A stretch of 57,443 nucleotides of DNA from an uncultured Candidatus Saccharibacteria bacterium (GTDB lineage Bacteria; Patescibacteriota; Minisyncoccia; Minisyncoccales; GWA2-38-27), in NCBI GenBank assembly GCA_964557155.1, contig CAZKZC010000001.1, positions 1 through 57,443 on the forward strand, in the 5' to 3' direction. Shown here one piece after another: positions 8,597 through 16,471 of the stretch (position 1 is the stretch's first letter; every line of letters begins with the position of its first letter). A program made the position numbers and the translations under genes. The notes under the pieces are model-generated. The model ran no database searches, was not told where the DNA came from, and saw only the letters and a list, made by a program, of their open reading frames with translations.

Positions 8597-11357
8597 TTGA
8601 ACTATTGGTAATATTTTGATTAATATTTACTATTTCCCCTATATTAACACGAATATCATCCATTGGGTATGGGTTCCCTCCTGAAGGTGGGACACTTTCA
8701 TACCCGGGATAAAGACCTGACAGATCAAGATCAAAATCAAAAGATGGTGTTTGAAATCCAGGAAGGTCAAATCTCTTTTGTTTGCTATAGCTTAAGTCGC
8801 CTAAAGGGATAGATGGAAGCTGGTAATTTATAGGATTAGTTAGTGGAATTTTCTTTAAATTTTCTGGCCAGGGGATATCTATTCTGTTAGCTATTTTGGC
8901 TAGTTCAGCATTCACAGTATCCATAGGAATGTTAATTTTATCTAGAAGAGCATAAGCATCTGGTATTTTAAACATACCATTTTCTACAACTGTTCGTGAT
9001 AAACTTTCAGCTATAGCCTCTTCTACTTTTCTCTTAACATTATCTAGTTGTTCATGAATAGATTTTTTAATTAGGTCTTCAAGTATTTTAGCGGCTTTAT
9101 CAAGCTGAGACTGAATTTGTGACTGAACGGTATTATCAAGAACGCCTTGAATTTGACTAATTCTGCTAGCCACATTTTGCTTCAAAGAACTATTAACATT
9201 TTTACAAAATTTATCAACATTTATATATTTATTATCGCACAAATCGGGTATTTCTGGAAATCTTGGCCAGAAAAAGTGATAATCGGAGAAACCAATATCT
9301 AATGGGATGCCGGAAATTCCTCCACTAACACATCCATTGGGGATAGAAACCAACGAAGAAACTAATCCTAGAAGCATATTTTCTATACTGATGTCTATGC
9401 CTGTAAAATTCAAAATAACTTCTGGTTGTGGAAGGGATATTTCAGGTATTTTCATATCCAAACTAAGCAAATCGGTTAAGTCAATTTCAGGCATTGGAAT
9501 AGGGATAGACGGAAATTTAATATCATTCATTTTTATGGGTAGTGGATCAAGCTGAGGACCATCTGGAATGGCGGGCATATCAGCATAAATAGTTGGAATA
9601 TCAATATCAGGAATTCTTAAAGATGGGTATTGAAAATCTACTTTCATTGAAGAAAGATCTCTTTGACAGCTATTTAGATTGCAGGGTTTTAAATCGGGAA
9701 GAATTAAATCTTCAAAAATCAGACTCGGAAGGCGAACCCTTAGAAAGGGCATAAAGTTAAAAGAAGGTAGATTGATGTCAGGAATTATTGTGTCTGGAAG
9801 TTCTATTTTTGGGAATAAGGTTGAGTTAATAGAAGGCAAAGAAGGGCAATCTAACCGAATACTATTTTGGGAATGATTAGAAACTGTTTGCGAAGCACAA
9901 GAGGCCGATGTTCCTTGGTATGTTTGAGCTCCAGGATTTTCAAATGTTCTATTAAATAAAGGAAGAAACTTGCACGATTCCGGAATGTTCATTTCCCCAG
10001 CCTTTTTTAATTCAGAGCATTTGTTTACTAAGGTGTTGAGATTGCAAGTTGGTGGTGTTGTTTCTCCTTCTGATCTAAATAACTCCTGACATTTTGCGTT
10101 AACATTAGTTATTTCATAGCATATTTCAGGAGGACGAGCACAATTGGTTCCTGTGCAAGTGGAATGTCTTTGTCGTAAAATTTGGCATTGATCAATGATT
10201 GTAAGATGAACAGCATCTTCATTAAAACATTGTTCGTATCTTTCTTGGACAGGGTTGTTATTAATATCTGTTAAGCCGGGCAATTCTTGGCATCTATCAG
10301 ACAACCAAGATAATGTTTGTAAAAACCATTCCAAGTCAATATACTGATTGTTTCCAGGGGCATTTTCCTTTGTGCATTGATAAGAACTGACATCTAATAA
10401 TTGGGTGCAAGAAAAGCTAGCCGGAGGAATCCCCGGAATATCTAGATAGGGAGGGTGAAAAACAATCGGATCTAAAGAGATGTCTGATAATCTGTCTGTT
10501 GGAATATCAGGAAAGGTGATATTGATATCTTGCAGATCAATATCAAAATCGCCTAAATTGGCAGTGTCTGACATCTGAATGCTATCTGGTAAATTTAATC
10601 CAACTTCGTCAATTGATATTCTTCCTAAGTCCAAATCACCTAAACGAACCCCTATTTCAAAAGCCATAGTTATTGGTTTTTGCCCTCCGCCACTTCCAAA
10701 AACGCAAGCATTAATTACGGGGATGGTATTGGTGTTGCACTGAGCTTGACAATGGTTTTTAGCTGAATAAGCCGAATTGTCCAATATATCAATATTTTTT
10801 GAAGCTGAATCAACAACATTTTCGCTAGAAGAAATTATATTGTTTAAATTAGATTCTAGTAATATTGCCTGGTCTTTATCCATTCTTTCTAGTTCTTCAG
10901 CTAAGCCAGTATCCATTTCTGTTTGAAGTAATTCTTTTAAAGAATCTATTTGCTGTGTTTTGCTTTTAATTTTTAATTTGGTTTTTTCTAAATCTTCCTT
11001 ATTATTACAGGTTTCACCGAAGACACCGACATTTCCATCTCTTATACATTGAGATATAGCATTGGCACAATTACATTGGGATGTTTGATTACTTAATTCT
11101 TCGTTAAAAAATTCTAGGTCTTGAGTAGTTTGATTTAATTCGCTAATAATAAATTTTAATCTATTGGGATAGTGAGGGTAATATTCTAGCCATTGGGCAA
11201 AAGCATCCGAACTAGTGCCTGATTTTTCTAGCAATGGAACAAGGATATTAATTAAAACCGCTAGAATTAAAACTCCTGCTATAATATATCTCTTTTTTTG
11301 ATTAAATAGTTTTATCATTTTAATAATCGCTTGTTTCACAATCGTATAATTCTCCAA
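8571..11357 (-). CDS. 928-aa N-terminally anchored Cys-rich protein with many short [LIF]P[DES][IL] motifs
   Basis: One N-terminal helix (YIIAGVLILAVLINILV), coiled-coil stretches, numerous Cys (by-eye estimate, over 30) and repeated motifs such as LPDTIIPDINLPSF, IPDIDIPTIYADMPAIPDGP and FPSIPIPMPEIDL. An alternative start at 11318 (MIKLFNQKK) leaves a 1-nt gap after the upstream stop. Confidence 0.8.
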   Translation of the reverse strand: MENYTIVKQAIIKMIKLFNQKKRYIIAGVLILAVLINILVPLLEKSGTSSDAFAQWLEYYPHYPNRLKFIISELNQTTQDLEFFNEELSNQTSQCNCANAISQCIRDGNVGVFGETCNNKEDLEKTKLKIKSKTQQIDSLKELLQTEMDTGLAEELERMDKDQAILLESNLNNIISSSENVVDSASKNIDILDNSAYSAKNHCQAQCNTNTIPVINACVFGSGGGQKPITMAFEIGVRLGDLDLGRISIDEVGLNLPDSIQMSDTANLGDFDIDLQDINITFPDIPTDRLSDISLDPIVFHPPYLDIPGIPPASFSCTQLLDVSSYQCTKENAPGNNQYIDLEWFLQTLSWLSDRCQELPGLTDINNNPVQERYEQCFNEDAVHLTIIDQCQILRQRHSTCTGTNCARPPEICYEITNVNAKCQELFRSEGETTPPTCNLNTLVNKCSELKKAGEMNIPESCKFLPLFNRTFENPGAQTYQGTSASCASQTVSNHSQNSIRLDCPSLPSINSTLFPKIELPDTIIPDINLPSFNFMPFLRVRLPSLIFEDLILPDLKPCNLNSCQRDLSSMKVDFQYPSLRIPDIDIPTIYADMPAIPDGPQLDPLPIKMNDIKFPSIPIPMPEIDLTDLLSLDMKIPEISLPQPEVILNFTGIDISIENMLLGLVSSLVSIPNGCVSGGISGIPLDIGFSDYHFFWPRFPEIPDLCDNKYINVDKFCKNVNSSLKQNVASRISQIQGVLDNTVQSQIQSQLDKAAKILEDLIKKSIHEQLDNVKRKVEEAIAESLSRTVVENGMFKIPDAYALLDKINIPMDTVNAELAKIANRIDIPWPENLKKIPLTNPINYQLPSIPLGDLSYSKQKRFDLPGFQTPSFDFDLDLSGLYPGYESVPPSGGNPYPMDDIRVNIGEIVNINQNITNSSNEILNILY

Positions 11358-13653
11358 TATCTATATGGAGGTGAGTTATTTTATCTAAGACATATGCTTC
11401 GGGAGCACATTTTTTAGCCGTGTTTATTATTTCATCTATATATTTTTTCTGAAGCTCAGAAGACATATCAAAGTCCACAGCATAAGATTCTTCTGTATCT
11501 CGACAAAAGGTGCCTCCATAATGAGCCGAAACTCTCATTTTGTTTTGTTCTATTCCATAGGTGTGAGAGCACTCTTCCTGATTTTTAGGGCTGATGCCCC
11601 ATTCACATGTTCCGTTATATAGTTTTTCATCAGAAATAGAAGATATTAATCCTATTATTTCCTCTGTTTCTTCTTCTGCTTCTTGATATTTGTCTAGCCC
11701 TTGACGCATACAGGAAAGAAGCTGTTTGAGTGGTTTGGAAGCGTCATTGTCATACTGGTTGTAATTTCGGACACCACTAGTGCAATCAAATCCTTTGGGA
11801 CAGCCGTCTTCTGAGGGTAGTATAGAATGTTCTTTAAGGGGAACGATATACAGAGGGTTGGAATCAGATGAGATTGGCAACGGAGGAGTATTTGCCGGAG
11901 AGCAACAATAAACATCTCTTGGATTGCAACTAGTCATAACTGTTCCGCTAGGACCATAATTACCCTTGGCACTTTCACAGCTTAATAGAGTAAATTCTGG
12001 ATTATTAATACTAGGATCAAAGCAAAGGCGGACAGCGGTATCAAGGTTGTGAAGATTATAGGGGTTTTTGGGCTCTTCTGCGTGGTATAGTACCTTTGGA
12101 AATATCTTCTTTATTTCTTCAATAACTCCAGTATCAATTTCAAGAATTTTATCTTCTGTCTCTTTAATTTCTTCTGATTTTTTGGTGATTTCTTCTACGG
12201 GGCAGGCTTCTCCGTTGCATCCTTGAACGGATTGAAGACATTTTGATTTGCAGAAAACAGCCATTGGGCCACATGGAATTATAGTACAGCATCTATACCA
12301 TGGATTAGGTATGCAAGCACAAGAAGGTTCGCAATAAGTCCGATTGCATTGCGACACAAGCTCGGTCATCTCCTGAACTTGTTGAGCCATTTTTTCAGTT
12401 AAGCGAGATAATTCCTCTAATTTGAAAATAGCAATAATTGCCAATTCTCTAAGATTGTCCATTGTTTCTCCTGTTGGTATTCTAGTGTGGCAACTAATCA
12501 ACTGAACTTCATATGGATCAGCTGTCATCTCTGGGAGAACGGGTTCTTCAGAAAGCTCCTTTATTTTCTGGGGGATATATGGAGCGTCATAAATAGTTCC
12601 TCCCACGGAGCAATAAAAAGTCAAGGCTTCATCTCCCGATTCTTCATAGCCGGATATTTTAATAACTTGATTTCCTAATGCCTCAAAATCTTTTTTAGCC
12701 AATAGAAGATCATTAAGTGTCATAAATTCTTGATTTTGGGTTCGACAAGAAATAACTTCTCCTTCTATTTCTTGAAACTTCCCCAACTCTTTTCTCAATA
12801 ATTCTTTATGCTCAGAAATTTTCTCTTTATACTTTGAAAGGGTTTTAATTTTCCCTTTGTCTATTTCTAGAACCTTTTCTATTCTTTCTCTGGCTGTTGG
12901 GTTGTCATCATCATTCTCGCAAGGATCTCCCGAACAGCCGATAGGCATAGAGCCCGTTTCGGGTTTTGTGCAAAGAGCTTTGGTGTTTTCGCATCGGCAT
13001 TCATCGGTGATCGTTTTTAGGTATTTGTTTAAATCAGAAATTCTGTTAAGCTTATCGTTTTCTAAATTAGAATCGTCTACATCTATTTCTTGTTTGAGAA
13101 AACCTTCAAATTCCGTGATAAGAGTTTCTAATTCTTCTGTTCTTTTTTTCTCCCAAACACTGCCGTCTCTCAATGCTTTTTTTAGTGGCAATTCGGCCAC
13201 AATCCATGTAAGAACTTCTCTGTCTGGAGCAGTATAGGTCTTGATGTCGTCTAGATCAATCGGAGTTAATGGACCAAAATCAAAAATTAATAATTGGGGG
13301 TTAATATTAACCAAGATTAAATATGAAGAAAAAAGAATAATTATTCCCAGAGCAGCACCGGTTAGCTGATCTTTAGCCGCTTTCAATTTAGATGGATCGG
13401 CTCCTGACATTATATATAGAACACCTCCATAAACCAAAGAACCGAAAGCTAAAAGACCTGAAATAGCAATAGCAAAGTTGAATATATATTTTACATAAGA
13501 AGGCAATCCATCTTGAACTGTTTGTGGCGCCTCGCCCATAATGCTTGGATAGTCAACCTCCAAATCTTGGGCTAAGACGAGAGAATAGATAGAAACAGAA
13601 AACAAAAAAACCGTAAAAGAAATTAAGAAAAGTTTTTTAGTTTTCCACAGCAT
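11320..13653 (-). CDS. 777-aa protein: signal peptide + TrbC/VirB2-like pilin module + Cys-rich stalk + C-terminal LAS/M15-like peptidase motifs
   Basis: N-terminus MLWKTKKLFLISFTVFLFSVSIYSLVLAQ. Pilin module GLPSYVKYIFNFAIAISGLLAFGSLVYGGVLYIMSGADPSKLKAAKDQLTGAALGIIILFSSYLILVNINPQL. Cys clusters (SQCNRTYCEPSCACIPNPWYRCCTIIPCGP). C-terminal SAHYGG...AVDFD and THLHIDIG. Confidence 0.85.
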   Translation of the reverse strand: MLWKTKKLFLISFTVFLFSVSIYSLVLAQDLEVDYPSIMGEAPQTVQDGLPSYVKYIFNFAIAISGLLAFGSLVYGGVLYIMSGADPSKLKAAKDQLTGAALGIIILFSSYLILVNINPQLLIFDFGPLTPIDLDDIKTYTAPDREVLTWIVAELPLKKALRDGSVWEKKRTEELETLITEFEGFLKQEIDVDDSNLENDKLNRISDLNKYLKTITDECRCENTKALCTKPETGSMPIGCSGDPCENDDDNPTARERIEKVLEIDKGKIKTLSKYKEKISEHKELLRKELGKFQEIEGEVISCRTQNQEFMTLNDLLLAKKDFEALGNQVIKISGYEESGDEALTFYCSVGGTIYDAPYIPQKIKELSEEPVLPEMTADPYEVQLISCHTRIPTGETMDNLRELAIIAIFKLEELSRLTEKMAQQVQEMTELVSQCNRTYCEPSCACIPNPWYRCCTIIPCGPMAVFCKSKCLQSVQGCNGEACPVEEITKKSEEIKETEDKILEIDTGVIEEIKKIFPKVLYHAEEPKNPYNLHNLDTAVRLCFDPSINNPEFTLLSCESAKGNYGPSGTVMTSCNPRDVYCCSPANTPPLPISSDSNPLYIVPLKEHSILPSEDGCPKGFDCTSGVRNYNQYDNDASKPLKQLLSCMRQGLDKYQEAEEETEEIIGLISSISDEKLYNGTCEWGISPKNQEECSHTYGIEQNKMRVSAHYGGTFCRDTEESYAVDFDMSSELQKKYIDEIINTAKKCAPEAYVLDKITHLHIDIGELYDCETSDY

Positions 13654-13700
13654 TGAATAATTATACCATCACCACTTGTCTCGTGCAACACTGAAATTAA

Positions 13701-13773
13701 ATTTAGCCAGTCCTCCACAGATAGAGTTTCGGCGCGTTGAGTTGGCTTAATCCTCTTGCTTAAAAGCAAGGAA
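13701..13773 (-). pseudogene. Displaced duplicate of the rsmA 3' coding end
   Basis: 73 nt identical to 14115-14187 except for one base, extendable to 77 nt with two differences. It encodes ...SLLLSKRIKPTQRAETLSVEDWLNL but has no upstream gene body. Confidence 0.85.
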
Positions 13774-13833
13774 AGTCTTTTTGAAATTGCTTTATTGTGT
13801 ATTTCATATATGTTAAAATATAATTGTGAGAAT

Positions 13834-13904
13834 GGGCGGGTAGTGAAACGGCATCACAAGTAACTTATACCTATTTATTGTGGGTTCGAATCCCATCCCG
13901 TCCA
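13834..13904 (+). tRNA. tRNA with anticodon UAU (Ile, AUA-reading) by cloverleaf reading
   Basis: Acceptor GGGCGGG/CCCGTCC (one G-U), D arm GTGA-AACGGCA-TCAC, anticodon arm AGTAA-CTTATAC-CTATT (A31-C39 mismatch), T arm GTGGG-TTCGAAT-CCCAT, discriminator A, no encoded CCA. Confidence 0.65.
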
Positions 13905-13961
13905 CACTCACCTTTGACTTTTGCACTATTGACAAAGTTTCTTGTATGGTATAATAAGGGT

Positions 13962-14071
13962 AGTAGGTATAAGTTCGATGCTTTCGAACTCACAAAATAT
14001 ATAACATTTAAAGTTCTTCTTTGTGTTATATGTTGGTTGGCCATTAGCCCCTTCGGGGGCTTTTGGTTTTT
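13962..14071 (+). ncRNA. Candidate ~110-nt orphan structured transcript
   Basis: Promoter TTGACA (13929-13934) and extended -10 TGgTATAAT (13947-13955). Hairpins agttcga-tgctt-tcgaact and atataaca-N16-tgttatat. Terminator gcccc-ttcg-ggggc plus T run (14047-14071). No ORF longer than 7 codons. Confidence 0.3.
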
Positions 14072-14090
14072 GTCAGAAAAACTACCGAAG

Positions 14091-14867
14091 TCAGAGCCCG
14101 CCTTTTTTTGTTAGATTTAGCCAGTTCTCCACAGATAGAGTTTCGGCGCGTTGAGTTGGCTTAATCCTCTTGCTTAAAAGCAAGGAACCGAGTTCCTTTT
14201 TGTCTATATCTAATTTCTTTGATAAATTATTGATAAGTTGTTTTCTTGGTTGAGAGAATCCGGCTTTAACAATTTTGAAAAACTTATCGGGATTGATGTC
14301 GTGTTTCTTCTTAGGAGTTATTTGAATAATAGCACTATCAACTTTTGGAACGGGCTTGAAAGATCTTTTAGATATATATGAAAGAACTTTTGCTTCTGCA
14401 TAAAACTGGACAGAAACAGCTAAGATGCTCATTCTGGGTGGTTTGGCACATATTCTTTGAGCAACCTCTTTTTGAACTATTAAAGTCATTTCTTTTGGAG
14501 GATTCTCTATTTCTAAAAACTTTCTAATAACAGGCGCTGTTATATAGAAAGGCAGGTTCGCTACTATTTTGTATTCATGATTCTTGATTCCTAATTCATG
14601 ATTCTTTAATATATCTCCGTGTATAATCTTTATGTTTTCATAATTCTTAAATTCCTGCTCCAAGAATTTGACTAATCGCTCATCTTTTTCCACAGCAATA
14701 ACCTTTTTAACTCTTTTAACTAATTCTTTCGTCAAGGCCCCTTTGCCTGGTCCAATCTCTAAGACAATATCTGTCTTAAGGAGCTTAGCTCCATTAATAA
14801 CATTAGAGATAGCCCTTTTGTTAATTAAGAAATTTTGGCCGAAATGTTTTATTGGTTTTATTTGCAT
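14091..14867 (-). CDS. rsmA: 16S rRNA (adenine1518/1519-N6)-dimethyltransferase
   Basis: FGQNFLINK, SAM motif EIGPGKGALT, ANLPFYIT; 258 aa. Confidence 0.93.
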   Translation of the reverse strand: MQIKPIKHFGQNFLINKRAISNVINGAKLLKTDIVLEIGPGKGALTKELVKRVKKVIAVEKDERLVKFLEQEFKNYENIKIIHGDILKNHELGIKNHEYKIVANLPFYITAPVIRKFLEIENPPKEMTLIVQKEVAQRICAKPPRMSILAVSVQFYAEAKVLSYISKRSFKPVPKVDSAIIQITPKKKHDINPDKFFKIVKAGFSQPRKQLINNLSKKLDIDKKELGSLLLSKRIKPTQRAETLSVENWLNLTKKGGL

Positions 14868-14885
14868 TATTCAATAATAACAGAT

Positions 14886-14904
14886 AAAAGTGACTCGGTC
14901 ACTT
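14886..14904. repeat. Palindrome AAAAGTGACTCGGTCACTT, second copy
   Basis: Lies in the divergent rsmA / LysM-M23 intergenic region, 14 nt upstream of the -35 TTGACT (14918-14923). Confidence 0.8.
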
Positions 14905-14953
14905 GTGGAAAAGGGGGTTGACTGGATATTTTCGAAAAGGTAGTATAAATAAA

Positions 14954-15976
14954 ATGAGTGATAAGATAAGTTCTTATTTAAGTAAATCATTAATCGTTTT
15001 AGCCGTTTTAATCTTCGGCTTCTTTATTTTCAGCTCAAATTCGGTGTTAAGATCTCTTGAAGATTTTTCTCTTTTAGCTTCAGCTGTAGATTCGGGTCAG
15101 GAATTATTTGTCGCAGGATCTAGTAATATTGCTAGAGAGTCCCCTAATATGAATTTTGTTCAAAATAATAGCTTAGTTGCCGTCGCTCCTCCAATGACGA
15201 TTGATGTTAATACTTTGGGAAGCATGATCGGTGGTATTGAAGAAGATGATGGTACTCGGAAAGAAATTCTTGAATATATTGTTGAGCCAGATGACACTCT
15301 TTCAACAATTGCCGACAAGTTTGATATTTCTTTAAGTACAATTTTAATAGCTAATGATCTCGGGTCTAAGTCAACTATCAAACCAGGTCAAAAACTTATT
15401 ATTCTTCCAGTAACGGGTGTTATTTATCATGTTAAAAATGGAGATACATTGGGTGATATTGCTAAGACATATAAAGGAAAAACAACGGAAATAATTACTG
15501 TTAATAATCTTTCTGGCGAGGGTAACATATTTGTCGGAGATATTTTAGTTATTCCTAATGGGAAAATACAGGTTTCTGGGTCAAGTGCTTACACTGCTAA
15601 TATCCCAGTTGGCTCAAGTTATTTTATTGCTCCTTTAGCCAAATATACAATTACCCAAGGACTTCATTGGTATAATGCTATTGATTTTGCTGCTCCTTGC
15701 GGAACGCCAATATATGCTGCCGCTGCTGGAGTAATTCAGAGAGTGGAATATGGATGGAATGGGGGGGCCGGAAATTATCTTAGAATTTTACATCCCAACG
15801 GTGTCGTTACAATGTATGGACATGTTCAGAAGAGTTTAGTTGTTCCAGGACAAAATGTTTCTCAAGGAGAAAGAATTGCTTTAGTCGGCGGAAAACCAGG
15901 AACAACTGGTGCTGGAATATCAACTGGATGTCATGTTCATTTTGATGTCCGTGGAGCTCGCAACCCCTTTCAATAA
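14954..15976 (+). CDS. LysM-repeat M23 peptidoglycan metalloendopeptidase
   Basis: N-terminal anchor helix. Two LysM repeats (YIVEPDDTLSTIADKF; YHVKNGDTLGDIAKTY). M23 motifs HWYNAIDF and GCHVHFDV. The ATG at 14954 lies 7 nt after a TAGTAT -10 box. The listed ORF starts at a TTG at 14903. Confidence 0.88.
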   Translation: MSDKISSYLSKSLIVLAVLIFGFFIFSSNSVLRSLEDFSLLASAVDSGQELFVAGSSNIARESPNMNFVQNNSLVAVAPPMTIDVNTLGSMIGGIEEDDGTRKEILEYIVEPDDTLSTIADKFDISLSTILIANDLGSKSTIKPGQKLIILPVTGVIYHVKNGDTLGDIAKTYKGKTTEIITVNNLSGEGNIFVGDILVIPNGKIQVSGSSAYTANIPVGSSYFIAPLAKYTITQGLHWYNAIDFAAPCGTPIYAAAAGVIQRVEYGWNGGAGNYLRILHPNGVVTMYGHVQKSLVVPGQNVSQGERIALVGGKPGTTGAGISTGCHVHFDVRGARNPFQ

Positions 15977-15979
15977 TAT

Positions 15980-16468
15980 ATGAAAAAAGCTTTATTCTTA
16001 TTTTTAGTCAGTATGCTTTTCTTTCCGGCTTTCGCCATGGCCAAACCTTTAGTTCCTTGCAGTTTGACTGGTGATGGCGATCTGCCAGCTTGTACGTTTT
16101 GTCATCTTTTTGTAATGTTTGGGAATATTACAGATTTTTTGTTTAAAGAAATAATTCCAATTTTAGCTGGTTTAATGATAGCCATTGGCGGAGTATATTA
16201 TCTTATTAGTCGGGGTGATCCTGAAAAACTGGCTAGTGCTAAGAAGATATTTTCGTCGGTTGCCATAGGCCTCTTGATAGCTTATAGTGCTTGGTTAATT
16301 GTTAATATGTTCTTTTTGGTAATTGGAATATCAGACTGGGAAGGTTTTCGTAATGGTTGGTGGAAAATTAATTGCCCTACGAGTCAAACACAATCATCAA
16401 CGCCTACCTATGATGAGATTGACAAATTAATGAAAGAAAACGAGAACATATTTAAAGTAAAACATTAA
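15980..16468 (+). CDS. Stand-alone TrbC/VirB2-like pilin-type protein (162 aa)
   Basis: Signal peptide MKKALFLFLVSMLFFPAFAMA, then two helices separated by SRGDPEKLASAKK (IIPILAGLMIAIGGVYYLI / IFSSVAIGLLIAYSAWLIVNMF). Same module as in the 474- and 777-aa proteins. Confidence 0.75.
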   Translation: MKKALFLFLVSMLFFPAFAMAKPLVPCSLTGDGDLPACTFCHLFVMFGNITDFLFKEIIPILAGLMIAIGGVYYLISRGDPEKLASAKKIFSSVAIGLLIAYSAWLIVNMFFLVIGISDWEGFRNGWWKINCPTSQTQSSTPTYDEIDKLMKENENIFKVKH

Positions 16469-16471
16469 AAT

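Larger units (their letters stand above)
13774..14114. mobile_element. 341-bp insert bounded by the rsmA 3' duplication (tRNA plus orphan transcript unit); no recombinase
   Basis: Direct repeats 13701-13773 and 14115-14187 with a 414-bp period. The content is a tRNA and a promoter/terminator-bounded noncoding unit. Confidence 0.35.

Noticed and set aside
12857-13237. 126-aa plus-strand ORF
   Set aside because: It is antisense to the 777-aa gene with a Ser/Leu-rich shadow translation, and there is no promoter or SD.
13878-14114. 78-aa ORF spanning the tRNA 3' half, a promoter and a terminator
   Set aside because: It begins inside the tRNA T arm and runs through recognisable noncoding signals, so it is very unlikely to be coding.
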